Below, piece after piece: positions 24,608-40,299 of a stretch of DNA of 64,000 nt (its first letter is position 1; every line of letters starts with the position of its first letter). The notes under the pieces were generated by a model, which did not search any database, was not told the origin of the DNA, and saw nothing but the letters and a program-made list of their open reading frames with translations. The stretch comes from Escherichia coli (GTDB lineage: Bacteria; Pseudomonadota; Gammaproteobacteria; Enterobacterales; Enterobacteriaceae), in the NCBI RefSeq assembly GCF_024502345.1, contig NZ_JALDNN010000001.1. One strand, 5' to 3'. The translations under genes and the position numbers were made by a program.

Positions 24608-24635
24608 TTGTGCAAAATATTGGGATCCCTATAAT
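24608..24635 (+). promoter_or_regulatory. rRNA operon promoter P1 (-35 TTGTGC, 16-bp spacer, -10 TATAAT, GCGCC discriminator)
   Basis: Read directly; A/T-rich UP-element-like tract immediately upstream (24581-24606). Confidence 0.8.
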
Positions 24636-24715
24636 GCGCCTCCGTTGAGACGACAACGTGAAACACTTCACAAGATGGTCGTAACAACGAAGAGAAAAAA
24701 TCCTGAAATTCAGGG

Positions 24716-24743
24716 TTGACTCTGAAAGAGGAAAGCGTAATAT
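24716..24743 (+). promoter_or_regulatory. rRNA operon promoter P2 (-35 TTGACT, 16-bp spacer, -10 TAATAT)
   Basis: Read directly, about 108 bp downstream of P1. Confidence 0.8.
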
Positions 24744-24927
24744 ACGCCACCTCGCGACAGTGAGCTGAAAGCTGCATCGCAACTGCTCTTTAACAATTTA
24801 TCAGACAATCTGTGTGGGCACTCGAAGATACGGATTCTTAACGTCGCAAGACGAAAAATGAATACCAAGTCTCAAGAGTGAACACGTAATTCATTACGAA
24901 GTTTAATTCTTTGAGCATCAAACTTTT

Positions 24928-26469
<1,542 letters not shown>

Positions 26470-26537
26470 CCTTAAAGAAGCGTTCTTTGCAGTGCTCACA
26501 CAGATTGTCTGATGAAAATGAGCAGTAAAACCTCTAC

Positions 26538-26614
<77 letters not shown>

Positions 26615-26656
26615 AATTTGCACGGCAAATTTGAAGAGGTTTTAACTACATGTTAT

Positions 26657-26732
26657 GGGGCTATAGCTCAGCTGGGAGAGCGCCTGCTTTGCACGCAGGA
26701 GGTCTGCGGTTCGATCCCGCATAGCTCCACCA
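26657..26732 (+). tRNA. alaU: tRNA-Ala (TGC anticodon)
   Basis: GGGGCTATAGCTCAGCTGGGAGAGCGCCTGCTTTGCACGCAGGAGG...CTCCACCA, 76 nt. Confidence 0.95.
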
Positions 26733-26915
26733 TCTCTGTAGTGATTAAATAAAAAATACTTCAGAGTGTACCTGAAAAGGTTCACTGCGAAGTTTTGCTC
26801 TTTAAAAATCTGGATCAAGCTGAAAATTGAAACACTGAACAACGAAAGTTGTTCGTGAGTCTCTCAAATTTTCGCAACACGATGATGGATCGCAAGAAAC
26901 ATCTTCGGGTTGTGA

Positions 26916-29818
<2,903 letters not shown>

Positions 29819-29910
29819 ACAACGCCGAAGGTGTTTTGGCGGATGAGAGAAGATTTTCAGCCTGATACAGATTAAATCAGAACGCAGAAGCGGTCTGATA
29901 AAACAGAATT

Positions 29911-30030
29911 TGCCTGGCGGCCTTAGCGCGGTGGTCCCACCTGACCCCATGCCGAACTCAGAAGTGAAACGCCGTAGCGCCGATGGTAGTGTGGGGTCTC
30001 CCCATGCGAGAGTAGGGAACTGCCAGGCAT
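29911..30030 (+). rRNA. rrfD: 5S ribosomal RNA
   Basis: TGCCTGGCGGCCTTAGCGCGGTGG...GGAACTGCCAGGCAT, 120 nt. Confidence 0.96.
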
Positions 30031-30042
30031 CAAATTTAGCGT

Positions 30043-30118
30043 GCTGATATGGCTCAGTTGGTAGAGCGCACCCTTGGTAAGGGTGAGGTCCCCAGTTCGA
30101 CTCTGGGTATCAGCACCA
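30043..30118 (+). tRNA. thrV: tRNA-Thr (GGT anticodon)
   Basis: GCTGATATGGCTCAGTTGGTAGAGCGCACCCTTGGTAAGGGTGAGG...CAGCACCA, 76 nt. Confidence 0.94.
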
Positions 30119-30155
30119 CTTTTTAGGTTAAAGTTCGGCAGATTAGAAAAGAATT

Positions 30156-30275
30156 TGTCTGGCGGCAGTAGCGCGGTGGTCCCACCTGACCCCATGCCGA
30201 ACTCAGAAGTGAAACGCCGTAGCGCCGATGGTAGTGTGGGGTCTCCCCATGCGAGAGTAGGGAACTGCCAGACAT
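30156..30275 (+). rRNA. rrfF: 5S ribosomal RNA, second distal copy
   Basis: TGTCTGGCGGCAGTAGCGCGGTGG...GGAACTGCCAGACAT, 120 nt. Confidence 0.95.
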
Positions 30276-30280
30276 CAAAT

Positions 30281-30324
30281 AAAACATAAGGCTCAGTCGG
30301 AAGACTGGGCCTTATGTTTTATTT
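30281..30324 (+). terminator. rrn terminator T1
   Basis: Hairpin AAAACATAAGGCTCAGTCGGAAGACTGGGCCTTATGTTTT followed by ATTT. Confidence 0.85.
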
Positions 30325-30453
30325 GATGTTTGTCGGTGAACACTCTCCCAACCAGGACAAATCCGCCGGGAACGGATTTGAACGTTGCGAAGCAACGGCC
30401 CGGAGGGTGGCGGGCAGGACGCCCGCCATAAACTGCCAGACATCAAATCAAGC

Positions 30454-30489
30454 AAAAAGGCCATCCGAAAGGATGGCCTTTTTGCTTTT
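30454..30489 (+). terminator. rrn terminator T2
   Basis: Hairpin AAAAAGGCCATCC-GAAA-GGATGGCCTTTTTGC. Confidence 0.85.
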
Positions 30490-30504
30490 CGAACTAACAT
30501 TCAA

Positions 30505-31263
30505 TTAATGGATTACCTGCGATAAAAATGCCCTCGTACGCTCTGATTTAGGATGCGTAAAAAATTCATCAGGTGCAGCTTGCTCCACTATTTCCCCACG
30601 ATCCATAAAAATCACCCGGTCAGCGACGGTTCGCGCAAACCCCATCTCATGCGTTACACACAACATTGTCATACCCGATTGCGCCAGCCCAATCATCGTA
30701 TCCAGCACCTCTTTCACCATCTCCGGATCGAGCGCCGACGTTGGCTCATCAAACAACATAATTTTCGGCTTCATACACAGCGAACGCGCAATGGCAACGC
30801 GTTGCTGCTGACCACCAGAAATTTGTCCGGGAAACTTATGCGCATGTTCGGCAATTCTCACCCGCTCAAGGTAGTGCATCGCCAGAGCTTCAGCCTCTTT
30901 CTTTGGCATCTTGCGTACCCAAATCGGTGCCAGGGTACAGTTCTGTAGAACGGTCAGATGAGGGAAGAGATTGAAATGCTGAAAGACCATTCCCACTTCC
31001 TGCCTGACGCGCTCAATATTGCGGATATCTTCATTAAGCTCGATGCCATCTACTACGATCCGTCCCTGTTGATGTTCTTCCAGATGATTAATACAACGAA
31101 TGGTTGTCGATTTACCGGAACCAGAAGGGCCACACAGAACGATCCGTTCTCCCAGTTGCACGGTTAAATTTATATTTTTCAAAACATGGAATTGTCCATA
31201 CCATTTATTGACGTTTTCCAGCGTAATCATCGCGTTAGCAGGTTGCAATAAAATTTGGCTCAT
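30505..31263 (-). CDS. yhdZ: Amino-acid ABC transporter ATP-binding protein
   Basis: ORF track 252 aa with Walker [10 protein letters not shown] and ABC signature LSGGQQQR. Confidence 0.93.
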   Translation of the reverse strand: MSQILLQPANAMITLENVNKWYGQFHVLKNINLTVQLGERIVLCGPSGSGKSTTIRCINHLEEHQQGRIVVDGIELNEDIRNIERVRQEVGMVFQHFNLFPHLTVLQNCTLAPIWVRKMPKKEAEALAMHYLERVRIAEHAHKFPGQISGGQQQRVAIARSLCMKPKIMLFDEPTSALDPEMVKEVLDTMIGLAQSGMTMLCVTHEMGFARTVADRVIFMDRGEIVEQAAPDEFFTHPKSERTRAFLSQVIH

Positions 31264-31270
31264 AGTGTCC

Positions 31271-32377
31271 TCAATGCGGTGTACGCCCGGTGTTAAAACG
31301 TTTTTCCAGATGCTGGCTATAGCGCGACATGCTGAAACAGAAGATCCAGTAGATCAGCGCGGCGAAAACATACCCTTCCGTCGACATACCCAACCAGGCG
31401 GGATCAACGGTTGCCTGCTGAACGCTACTGAAAAGATCGAACAACCCGATAATGATCACCAGGCTGGTATCTTTGAAGAGTGCGATGATGGTATTTACCA
31501 GCCCAGGAATTACCAGCTTCAACGCCTGTGGCAGAATAACCAGCCCCTGAGTTTTCCAGTAACCCAATGCCAGTGACTCTGCCGCTTCATATTGCCCTTT
31601 AGGCAGCGCCTGTAATCCGCCTCGCACGACTTCCGCAACATATGCTGACTGAAACAGGATCACGCCAACCAGCGCGCGGATCAGTTTGTCGATACTGGTG
31701 CCTTCTGCCATAAACAAAGGCAGCATGACCGAAGACATAAACAATACGGTAATCAGCGGTACGCCGCGCCAGAACTCGATAAAAATGACCGATAAGATAC
31801 GCACAATCGGCATATGGGAGCGGCGACCTAACGCCAGTAAGATCCCCCACGGTAGCGCCCCCGCAATCCCAACGGATGCAATAATTAAAGTTAGCGTCAG
31901 CCCGCCCCATTGCCGGGTTTCAACCCGCTCCAGACCAAAAAAACCGCCATACATCAGCCACCAGACAATCAGTGGGTAAATCACCGCCCAGACCGCAATA
32001 TAGCGACCGCGATGCGGGAGTATTTTCCAGAACATTGGTGCGATTGACACAAGGCCAATCAGTAATGCCAGGTTAATTCGCCAGCGTTGGTCGTGTGGGT
32101 AAAGTCCATACATAAACTGACCAAATCGTTCGTGGATGAAGACCCAACAGGCACCGGCTTTTGTGCAGTCGGCACGCGTTGAGCCAACCCAGTTAGCCTG
32201 CAAAAATGCCCAGTTCAGCAACGGTGGGATCAGTTCACACATCAACCATATACAGCCAATAGTCAGTAGGCTATTGCTCCAGCTGGAGAACAGATTTTTT
32301 CGCACCCACACCATAGCGCGGCTTGAGTTATGGCTCGCCGGGCGCGGGGGATGAGACAGCAATACTTTTGTCATCAT
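31271..32377 (-). CDS. yhdY: Amino-acid ABC transporter permease
   Basis: ORF track 368 aa, multi-pass membrane protein. Confidence 0.9.
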   Translation of the reverse strand: MMTKVLLSHPPRPASHNSSRAMVWVRKNLFSSWSNSLLTIGCIWLMCELIPPLLNWAFLQANWVGSTRADCTKAGACWVFIHERFGQFMYGLYPHDQRWRINLALLIGLVSIAPMFWKILPHRGRYIAVWAVIYPLIVWWLMYGGFFGLERVETRQWGGLTLTLIIASVGIAGALPWGILLALGRRSHMPIVRILSVIFIEFWRGVPLITVLFMSSVMLPLFMAEGTSIDKLIRALVGVILFQSAYVAEVVRGGLQALPKGQYEAAESLALGYWKTQGLVILPQALKLVIPGLVNTIIALFKDTSLVIIIGLFDLFSSVQQATVDPAWLGMSTEGYVFAALIYWIFCFSMSRYSQHLEKRFNTGRTPH

Positions 32378-32383
32378 GACTCC

Positions 32384-33565
32384 TTAGCGTTCCACGATCG
32401 CGATGCGGCGGTTATAGATATTCATCAGCAGCGAGATAGTCAGGCTGATAATCAGATAGACCGACATGGTCATGGCTATCGTCTCGATGGCTTGCCCCGT
32501 CTGGTTCAGCACGGTGCCAGCAAACAGCGAAACCATATCGGGATAGCCAATAGCGGCGGCAAGAGAGGAGTTTTTGACGATGTTGAGATACTGGCTGGTT
32601 AACGGTGGAATAATCACCCGCAGTGCCTGGGGAATAATGACCTGGCGTAGCGTAACCGGGTTGGGTAATCCCAGTGACCGAGCAGCTTCATGTTGACCAT
32701 AAGGCACTGCCTGGATCCCAGCGCGGATAATCTCGGCGATAAATGCAGAGGTATAAACCGAAAGTGCCAGCGTTAAGGCTGCCAGTTCAGGAATTAAAAC
32801 CATCCCGCCGCGGAAGTTAAAGCCTTGTAGGGCTGGGACATCCCAGTGTAGTGCTGCGCCAAAAAGCCATTGCGCCAGTAAAGGCAAACCAATGATCAAC
32901 ACTGCGGCGATGGGCCAGGTGCGGCGCAGTTGTCCGGTCTTTATCTGGTATGTTTTATTAAAGCGGAATAGCCCAACAGAAAGGACTATAGCCATAACAA
33001 CAGCCAGGATAAACGCAATAAATCCGTCTCCCAGCTGCGGTGACGGAATATAAAGCCCACGATTGCTCAAAAAGGCGAGAGCAAACGCGCTCACAGCCTG
33101 GCGTGGTCCGGGCAAATTGCGCAACACGGCAAAGTACCAGAAGAAGATTTGCAGCAGCGGGGGAATATTACGGAAGATCTCAATATAAATTGTGGAAAGC
33201 TTTCGTAGCAGCCAGTTATCCGAAAGTCTCGCCAGACCGATAAAGAAGCCCAAAACAGAAGCGAACACAATACACAATGCAGAAACCAGTAGCGTATTGA
33301 GTAAGCCGACAATAAAAACGCGTCCGTAGGTGTCGCCCTGCTGGTAATCGATCAAATGCTGGACAATACCGAAACCAGCGCCGCGATCCAGAAAGGCAAA
33401 ACCTGAAGTAATGCCACGATTGCTCAGATTCGTTACAGTGTTGTGAAATAACCAACCAACAATGCCGACAACAGCAACAACGGCAAGGATCTGGAATAAC
33501 CAGGCGCGAACCGTAGGGTTGGCAAAAGAGAGTGAGCCTTTAACGGTTGAGCGGCGATGAGACAT
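32384..33565 (-). CDS. yhdX: Amino-acid ABC transporter permease
   Basis: Start at internal ATG (MSHRRSTVKG...) giving 393 aa. Confidence 0.88.
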   Translation of the reverse strand: MSHRRSTVKGSLSFANPTVRAWLFQILAVVAVVGIVGWLFHNTVTNLSNRGITSGFAFLDRGAGFGIVQHLIDYQQGDTYGRVFIVGLLNTLLVSALCIVFASVLGFFIGLARLSDNWLLRKLSTIYIEIFRNIPPLLQIFFWYFAVLRNLPGPRQAVSAFALAFLSNRGLYIPSPQLGDGFIAFILAVVMAIVLSVGLFRFNKTYQIKTGQLRRTWPIAAVLIIGLPLLAQWLFGAALHWDVPALQGFNFRGGMVLIPELAALTLALSVYTSAFIAEIIRAGIQAVPYGQHEAARSLGLPNPVTLRQVIIPQALRVIIPPLTSQYLNIVKNSSLAAAIGYPDMVSLFAGTVLNQTGQAIETIAMTMSVYLIISLTISLLMNIYNRRIAIVER

Positions 33566-33632
33566 AGAAACCTCGGAAAGCATAACGCTGAAGAGAGCGC
33601 CGCCGTAGCGACGCCCGTTACCTCACACCGAC

Positions 33633-34658
33633 TTAACGCACGGGCGGCGCGTACTGAATACCGCCGTTATTCCAGAGATTATTTTGCCCACGTTTAATTT
33701 TCAGCGGGCTTTCTGAACCTACGTTACGCTCGAAAATTTCCGAGTAGTTACCCACCTGTTTGATGATGTTATAGGCCCATTTATTATCCAGCTTCAGATC
33801 CTTGCCGTAATCGCCTTCTTTACCCAGCAGATGTGCCATATCAGGCGTTGCTGGATTAGCCGCTTTTTCATCGACGTTCTGAGAATTGATGCCCATCTCT
33901 TCAGCATTCAGCATGGCGAAAAGCGTCCAGCGTACAATCGAGAACCATTCATCATCGCCACGACGAACTACCGGCCCAAGCGGTTCTTTAGAGATAACCT
34001 CCGGTAAGACAATCCATTCAGCTGGGTTGCTTAATTTGATGCGCAGGGCATACAGTTGCGACTGATCCGAGGCCAGCGTATCGCAGCGACCAGATTCCAG
34101 TGCCTTCGCTGATTCGTCAGAGCGATCGAAAGTCACCGGTGTGTACTTCATATTGTTTGCCTTGAAATAGTCGGCAACGTTGAGTTCGGTATCAGTACCC
34201 GCCTGAATACAGACGGTAGCGCCATCCAGTTCTTTCGCGCTTTTTAGCCCCGCTTTATCGTGCGTCAGGAAGCCAATGCCGTCGTAATAAGTGACGCCAG
34301 TAAATGCCATTCCCATCCCGGCGTCGCGAGATGAAGTCCAGGTCGTATTACGGGAGAGCAAATCCACTTCCCCTGACTGTAAAGCCGTGAAGCGTTCTTT
34401 TGCTGTGAGTGGGGTATATTTCACTTTCGTGTCGTCACCAAATACAGCAGCGGCAACACCACGACAAACATCAACATCAATACCTGAAAACTTACCGTCT
34501 GCATCGGCATAAGAGAACCCAGGTAATCCATCACTGATCCCGCATTGCACAAAACCTTTTTTCTGAACGGCATCAAGCGTCGCGCCAGCATGCGCCTGAT
34601 TTGCAACGGCAAGCAGCACGCTGGCGGCAGCCAGTGTGGCTATCATCATCTTTTTCAT
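33633..34658 (-). CDS. yhdW: Amino-acid ABC transporter periplasmic binding protein (intact)
   Basis: ORF track 341 aa with N-terminal signal peptide MKKMMIATLAAASVLLAVANQAHA. Confidence 0.9.
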   Translation of the reverse strand: MKKMMIATLAAASVLLAVANQAHAGATLDAVQKKGFVQCGISDGLPGFSYADADGKFSGIDVDVCRGVAAAVFGDDTKVKYTPLTAKERFTALQSGEVDLLSRNTTWTSSRDAGMGMAFTGVTYYDGIGFLTHDKAGLKSAKELDGATVCIQAGTDTELNVADYFKANNMKYTPVTFDRSDESAKALESGRCDTLASDQSQLYALRIKLSNPAEWIVLPEVISKEPLGPVVRRGDDEWFSIVRWTLFAMLNAEEMGINSQNVDEKAANPATPDMAHLLGKEGDYGKDLKLDNKWAYNIIKQVGNYSEIFERNVGSESPLKIKRGQNNLWNNGGIQYAPPVR

Positions 34659-35088
34659 AATGCTTCCTGTGAGGCGAAAATTATCGTTATAGGACGTTTG
34701 GGAAACGTCTTTTACCTGTCTGTGGCCATCCTCTTATAAGCAAAAGTAGTGCCAGCTTTTGCGCCCGATTTCGCGTCGCAATAAGCTGAGTGTAGACAGG
34801 AAATAATAAAAACAGCGCCCCGCAATGGTGCGAAAATGAAACATGCGCCACATTTTGGCGCAAAATATTTACGCGTGTTTTACTAAGCAGAATAATGATT
34901 GTTAGCGTGAGTATATTTCTGGTGGGAAGTATGAAAGTTAAATTGATGCGTTATTTCGAAAGCAGCGAAATAACGCGATATAACATGCTAAATCAGCAGA
35001 GAATTAGCCAGCAGAATATAGCAATATTTTATCTTATGTAAAGATACTGTATCGTTAAACAGAGCGCGAAACTCCGCGCCCTGTTCAG

Positions 35089-35310
35089 TTATTTCGACAG
35101 AGCGATGATCCCCATCGTCAGGCCAGCAACAGCTGCTGCCCCGCCAGCAATAGCCCCAGCCGTTTCCCAGTTATCCTGAGTTGTGCCTTTCATACAGGTA
35201 TTGGTGTGAACCAGACGACCCTGATCGTCATAAACCGGAACGCAGGGCGAATCATGAGCACAGCCCGCCAGCAATGCGGTGAGCAATGCCACAGGAATTA
35301 ATCTTTTCAT
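35089..35310 (-). CDS. yhdV: Small lipoprotein YhdV
   Basis: ORF track 73 aa with lipobox LLAGC and Gly/Ala-rich C-terminus. Confidence 0.85.
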   Translation of the reverse strand: MKRLIPVALLTALLAGCAHDSPCVPVYDDQGRLVHTNTCMKGTTQDNWETAGAIAGGAAAVAGLTMGIIALSK

Positions 35311-35520
35311 GGTGTTACCTCAGTAATAAACGCTAACGCTTAATAAGTTAACTCTCTTATTAACGAGCTGAATGCCATTTTATCACCGGAGGTTATAAAT
35401 CTTGCGGAATGAATAATGACAAATTATGTGAATTGTAAAAATAGTGAAGGGAGCGGGAACTATAGAAAGTTTTTAAAGAGTGAGAAGAAGAATATCTTAT
35501 TAATTTTTATGGGTTTCACT

Positions 35521-35551
35521 GAAAATAATAAAGGCGCCCGAAAGCGCCTTT
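35521..35551 (-). terminator. Intrinsic terminator downstream of acrF
   Basis: Hairpin AAAGGCGC-CCGAAA-GCGCCTTT; T-rich tract follows on the minus strand. Confidence 0.7.
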
Positions 35552-35562
35552 ATGTTTCTGAT

Positions 35563-38500
35563 TTATCCTTTAAAGCAACGGCGGATCACCACAAAGAACA
35601 CCGGTACGAAGAAGATTGCCAGCAACGTTGCAGAGACCATTCCTCCCATTACCCCGATACCCACAGCGTTCTGCGCGCCACTGCCGGCACCGTTACTGAT
35701 AGCCAGCGGTAATACGCCGAGAATAAAGGCGAGAGAGGTCATCAGGATAGGACGCAGACGCATACGTACTGCCATTAGTGTCGCTTCAACAACACCTTTA
35801 CCCTCTTTCTCCATGAGATCTTTAGCGAACTCAACAATCAAAATAGCGTTTTTGGCCGACAAGCCAATTGTCGTTAGCAAGCCCACCATAAAGTAGACGT
35901 CATTTTTTTGATTAAAGAGTGTCGCCGCCAGCAGCACGCCGACAATCCCTAACGGCACGACCAACATAACCGAGACAGGAATTGACCAGCTTTCATAGAG
36001 TGCAGCAAGGCACAGGAAAACAACCACAAAGGAAATTGCTACCAGAGCGGGAGCCTGGTTTCCCGATAAGCGTTCCTGATACGACATACCCGTCCAGTCA
36101 TAACCAATGCCCGCAGGTAATTTTGACGCAAGGTTTTCCATCAACGCCATGGCATCGCCGGAACTGGTTCCTGGCGCGGCTTCCCCCTGAATCTCCATTG
36201 ACGGCAGACCGTTGTAGCGTTCCAGTCGCGGAGAGCCATACACCCAATGTGAAGTGGTAAAGGCAGAGAATGGCACCATTTCGCCGTTGGCGCTGCGGAC
36301 ATAAAGTTTATCGACATCTTCTGGCAGCATACGGAATTTGGCATCCGCCTGAACATACACCTTTTTCACGCGACCACGGTCGATGAAGTCGTTAACGTAA
36401 GTCCCACCCAGCGCCGTTGAAATGGTCTGATTGATGTCAGAAAGTGAAACACCTAATGCCTGCGCCTTTTCCTGGTCAACTTCCAGTTTAAACTGCGCGG
36501 TGTCTTCCAGGCCATTAGGACGCACGCTGACTAAGCTGGCAGGATGTTGCGCCGCCATACCAAGCAACTGGTTACGGGCCTGGGTTAGGGCATCGTGACC
36601 CAGCCCAGCCTGATCAATTAACTCAAAGTCGAAACCCGTTGCCGTGCCCAGTTCAACAATGGCTGGCATATTGAATGGAATGACAAAACCGTCGCGGATC
36701 TTGCCCAACTCCATTTTGGCACGATGGATTACCGCTTCCGCACTGTTTTCGTCACCACTACGCTCTTCCCACGGTTTCAGACTGACGAAGGCCATACCGG
36801 CGTTTTGTGCCTGGCCGCTGAAGCTAAAGCCGTTAACCGTAAAGACACTTTCAACGTTTGCTTTCTCGTTCTTCAGATAGTAATCCGTCACTTGATCCAA
36901 CACTTTTTGCGTCCGCTCTTGCGTCGCGCCAGCGGGTAACTGAATCATGGTCAGAAAGACACCCTGATCCTCTTCAGGTAAGAAGGAAGACGGAAGACGT
37001 AAAAACAACACCACCATTCCTGCAACAATCAGCGCATAGATCAGTAAATATCGTCCTGTGGAACCGAGGATTTTGCCGACGCTGTTGGTGTAGTGGTTAA
37101 CGCTATGATCGAAGGTGGTATTAAACCAGCCGAAGAAACCGCCCTTATTTTCGTGATGCTCAGCAGAGACGGGTTTAAGCAGCGTTGCACATAACGCAGG
37201 GGTAAGAATCAATGCCACCAGAACAGAAAGCGCCATTGCCGAAACGATGGTGATAGAGAACTGGCGATAAATTGCCCCAGTAGAACCGCCGAAGAATGCC
37301 ATCGGAATAAATACCGCTGACAGCACCATCGCGATACCCACCAGTGCGCCCTGAATTTGCGACATTGATTTTTCCGTCGCTTCTTTTGGCGGGAGCTTAT
37401 CCTCCATCATCACGCGCTCGACGTTCTCCACCACCACTATCGCATCATCGACGAGCAGCCCGATGGCAAGCACCATCCCGAACATCGTTAGTGTGTTGAT
37501 GGAGTAACCAAAAGCGGCGAGGATGGCAAACGTCCCTAACAACACCACGGGTACCGCAATGGTGGGGATCAGCGTTGCTCGCATATTCTGCAAGAACAGA
37601 TACATCACCAGGAACACCAGCATAATAGCTTCGAACAGTGTTTTTACCACTTCGTGAATAGAAAGCTGGACGAATGGCGTGGTGTCATAAGGGTAGAGAA
37701 CCTTCATTCCCTGCGGGAAGAATGGCTGTAATTCCGCCAGTTTTGCCTTAATGGCTTTCGCGGTATCGAGAGCATTCGCGCCGGTTGCCAGCTTAATCCC
37801 CAGGCCCGCCGCCGGTTTTCCGTTGATACGAGCGATAACGTTATAGTTTTCACCGCCAAGTTCAACCCGTGCGACATCTTTCAGGCGTACCACCGAGCCG
37901 TCACTGTTTACGCGCAGGGTCACTTTGCCGAATTCTTCCGGATTTTTTAACCGCGTTTGAGCAATAATCGAGGCATTCAACTGTTGCCCTGGTAACGCTG
38001 GCGTTCCGCCCAACTGTCCGGCAGCGATCTGATCGTTCTGTACCTTCAACTGGTTAATCACATCAACCGGTGTCAGTTTATATTTGTTTAGCAGATCGGC
38101 GTCCAGCCAGATACGCATCGCATACTGTGCGCCGAAAAGCTGTACGTCACCGACGCCATTCAGACGGCTAAGCGTATCTTTAACGTTAGAGGCCACATAG
38201 TCCGAGATATCGTCCTGTGTGGTGTCTGGGTTATCAGAGACAAAGCCCGCCACCATCAAATAGCTGCTACTGGACTTTTCAACACTGATCCCCTGCTGCT
38301 GAACCTCCTGCGGCAGCAACGGCGTGGCGAGCTGGAGTTTGTTCTGCACCTGCACTTGCGCGATATCAGGATCGGTCCCGGACTGGAAGGTAAGGGTAAT
38401 TGTCACGCTACCGGCGGAATCGCTGGTGGAGGACATATACATCAGGTTATCGATACCATTCATATTCTGTTCGATAACCTGCGTCACCGTATCCTGCACG

Positions 38501-38667
38501 GTCTGCGCATCAGCACCTGGATAGTTTGCCGAAACAGAAACCGCAGGCGGTGCAATGGTTGGATACTGAGCGACGGGCAATTGTAGGATCGCCAGTGCGC
38601 CCGCCATCATCAGAATAATGGCCAGCACCCATGCAAATATCGGTCGTCGAATAAAAAAGTTTGCCAT
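35563..38667 (-). CDS. acrF: RND multidrug efflux transporter AcrF
   Basis: ORF track 1034 aa; AcrB-family. Confidence 0.96.
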   Translation of the reverse strand: MANFFIRRPIFAWVLAIILMMAGALAILQLPVAQYPTIAPPAVSVSANYPGADAQTVQDTVTQVIEQNMNGIDNLMYMSSTSDSAGSVTITLTFQSGTDPDIAQVQVQNKLQLATPLLPQEVQQQGISVEKSSSSYLMVAGFVSDNPDTTQDDISDYVASNVKDTLSRLNGVGDVQLFGAQYAMRIWLDADLLNKYKLTPVDVINQLKVQNDQIAAGQLGGTPALPGQQLNASIIAQTRLKNPEEFGKVTLRVNSDGSVVRLKDVARVELGGENYNVIARINGKPAAGLGIKLATGANALDTAKAIKAKLAELQPFFPQGMKVLYPYDTTPFVQLSIHEVVKTLFEAIMLVFLVMYLFLQNMRATLIPTIAVPVVLLGTFAILAAFGYSINTLTMFGMVLAIGLLVDDAIVVVENVERVMMEDKLPPKEATEKSMSQIQGALVGIAMVLSAVFIPMAFFGGSTGAIYRQFSITIVSAMALSVLVALILTPALCATLLKPVSAEHHENKGGFFGWFNTTFDHSVNHYTNSVGKILGSTGRYLLIYALIVAGMVVLFLRLPSSFLPEEDQGVFLTMIQLPAGATQERTQKVLDQVTDYYLKNEKANVESVFTVNGFSFSGQAQNAGMAFVSLKPWEERSGDENSAEAVIHRAKMELGKIRDGFVIPFNMPAIVELGTATGFDFELIDQAGLGHDALTQARNQLLGMAAQHPASLVSVRPNGLEDTAQFKLEVDQEKAQALGVSLSDINQTISTALGGTYVNDFIDRGRVKKVYVQADAKFRMLPEDVDKLYVRSANGEMVPFSAFTTSHWVYGSPRLERYNGLPSMEIQGEAAPGTSSGDAMALMENLASKLPAGIGYDWTGMSYQERLSGNQAPALVAISFVVVFLCLAALYESWSIPVSVMLVVPLGIVGVLLAATLFNQKNDVYFMVGLLTTIGLSAKNAILIVEFAKDLMEKEGKGVVEATLMAVRMRLRPILMTSLAFILGVLPLAISNGAGSGAQNAVGIGVMGGMVSATLLAIFFVPVFFVVIRRCFKG

Positions 38668-38678
38668 GTCAGATTACC

Positions 38679-39836
38679 TTACTTCGATGCAGTATCTGCG
38701 GGGGTATCGGTAGTGGCTTTAACCTGCTCTCCCGGACGCGCTTTTTGCAGGCCGCTGACAATGACTTGATCGCCAGATTTCAGACCTTCGCTAATCAACC
38801 ATTTATCGCCAATCGCCTGACTGGCAACGACAGGGCGCGCTTCCACCTGACTTTTATCGTTAACAATCAGCACGGTTGCATCACCACGCGGTGTGCGGCT
38901 AACGCCTTGTTGCGGGATAAGAATGGCGTCAGGTTGGACGCCTTCATCAATCCGTGCACGCACAAACATACCCGGCAAAAGCGTATGTTGCGGGTTAGGG
39001 AAGACAGCACGTAGGGTTATGGAGCCGGTGCTTTCATCAACGGTCACATCAGAGAATTGCAGCGTACCTTTCAGGGGATAGGTTTGACCGTTTTCCATGA
39101 CCAACTCTACGTTGCTGGTGGCGTTTTCCTTATGCAAATTTCCTTGCTCTACGGATTGCTTCAGCCTCATAAAATCGTTGCTGGATTGGGTCACATCAAC
39201 GTAGATAGGATCGAGCTGCTGGACAGTCGCCAGTTCAGTCGTTTGCCCATTAGTGACAAGAGCGCCTTCGGTCACGGTCGATTTGCCGATACGTCCGCTA
39301 ATTGGCGCAGTCACTTTGGTATAAGCGAGATTGATGCGAGCGCTTTCGACTGTGGCTTTTGCGGCAATCACGGCGGCATCGGCCTGGCGAGCATCAGCAA
39401 TGGCCTGGTCGTACTCCTGCTGGCTGATGTATTTCGTACCCACGAGCGGAACGTAACGTTTTACCGTCAAATGCGCGATGGCGGCGGCGGCTTCACTTTT
39501 CGCCAGTTCGCCTTTCGCGCTGTCATAATTTGCCTGATAGGTCGCGGGATCGATCTGGTACAGGGACTGGCCTGCTTGTACATCGCTGCCTTCAGTGAAA
39601 TTACGATTCAGTACGATCCCGCTAACCTGTGGGCGAACTTCGGCTATACGGTAAGCATTGGTGCGGCCTGGTAATTCAGTCTTAACTTCTAACGGGGCCG
39701 TTTTCACAATATGAACGGTAACCTGCGGTTCACCGACGTGAGCTTTCTCTTCTCCCTTATCGTTACAACCGGCGATTAAAGCCGCGGAGATCAGAATAAA
39801 GGAGGGCAGGAGGAAAAACCTGGCATGTTTCGTCAT
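38679..39836 (-). CDS. acrE: Periplasmic adaptor (membrane fusion) protein AcrE
   Basis: ORF track 385 aa with lipobox LIAGC. Confidence 0.96.
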   Translation of the reverse strand: MTKHARFFLLPSFILISAALIAGCNDKGEEKAHVGEPQVTVHIVKTAPLEVKTELPGRTNAYRIAEVRPQVSGIVLNRNFTEGSDVQAGQSLYQIDPATYQANYDSAKGELAKSEAAAAIAHLTVKRYVPLVGTKYISQQEYDQAIADARQADAAVIAAKATVESARINLAYTKVTAPISGRIGKSTVTEGALVTNGQTTELATVQQLDPIYVDVTQSSNDFMRLKQSVEQGNLHKENATSNVELVMENGQTYPLKGTLQFSDVTVDESTGSITLRAVFPNPQHTLLPGMFVRARIDEGVQPDAILIPQQGVSRTPRGDATVLIVNDKSQVEARPVVASQAIGDKWLISEGLKSGDQVIVSGLQKARPGEQVKATTDTPADTASK

Positions 39837-40258
39837 TACTATTCCTCAAAAAACCAAAAGCGCGTTATTTACCCAGAAAGGCAACGCGTTAACTCGCAGA
39901 AAGAAAAATACAGTTCGCTATCCTACAAATTATCATTCGTCGATGTAAGGAATAGTTATGAATACTGGCGTCTCAAGGCACATAAACACAAAAAAAGATT
40001 AATATTCTACTGTTTTATTTTGACGCGGGTTGAAAGAGGCAGAATTAAAACCTCGTAAATTGAAATATATATTCATGTGGCGAATGTATTTTAGGTAAAT
40101 AATATATATTATTTATTTGACGATTTATAGCAACTCAATGTTACCCTCTCGTATAAATACACATTAGATGATAGATTAACCTTCGCTATTTTCTCACCCT
40201 GTGTCGAATATATTTATTTCCTGAATAATTAATCATGGCAAAAAGAACCAAAGCCGAA

Positions 40259-40267
40259 GCTCTGAAG
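40259..40267. repeat. 9-bp target-site duplication GCTCTGAAG (left copy)
   Basis: Identical 9-mer directly flanks both IS ends. Confidence 0.9.
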
Positions 40268-40285
40268 GGCTTTGTTGAATAAATC
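40268..40285. repeat. IS903 left terminal inverted repeat
   Basis: GGCTTTGTTGAATAAATC. Confidence 0.9.
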
Positions 40286-40299
40286 GAACTTTTGCTGAG

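Noticed and set aside
30401-30450. Partial 5S-like sequence (..AACTGCCAGACATCAAAT..) between T1 and T2
   Set aside because: A known component of E. coli rrn terminator regions, not a novel pseudogene.
39825-40058. 77-aa plus-strand ORF in the acrE-acrS intergenic region
   Set aside because: Lies in a very AT-rich regulatory region with Lys/Tyr-rich low-complexity translation; likely spurious.
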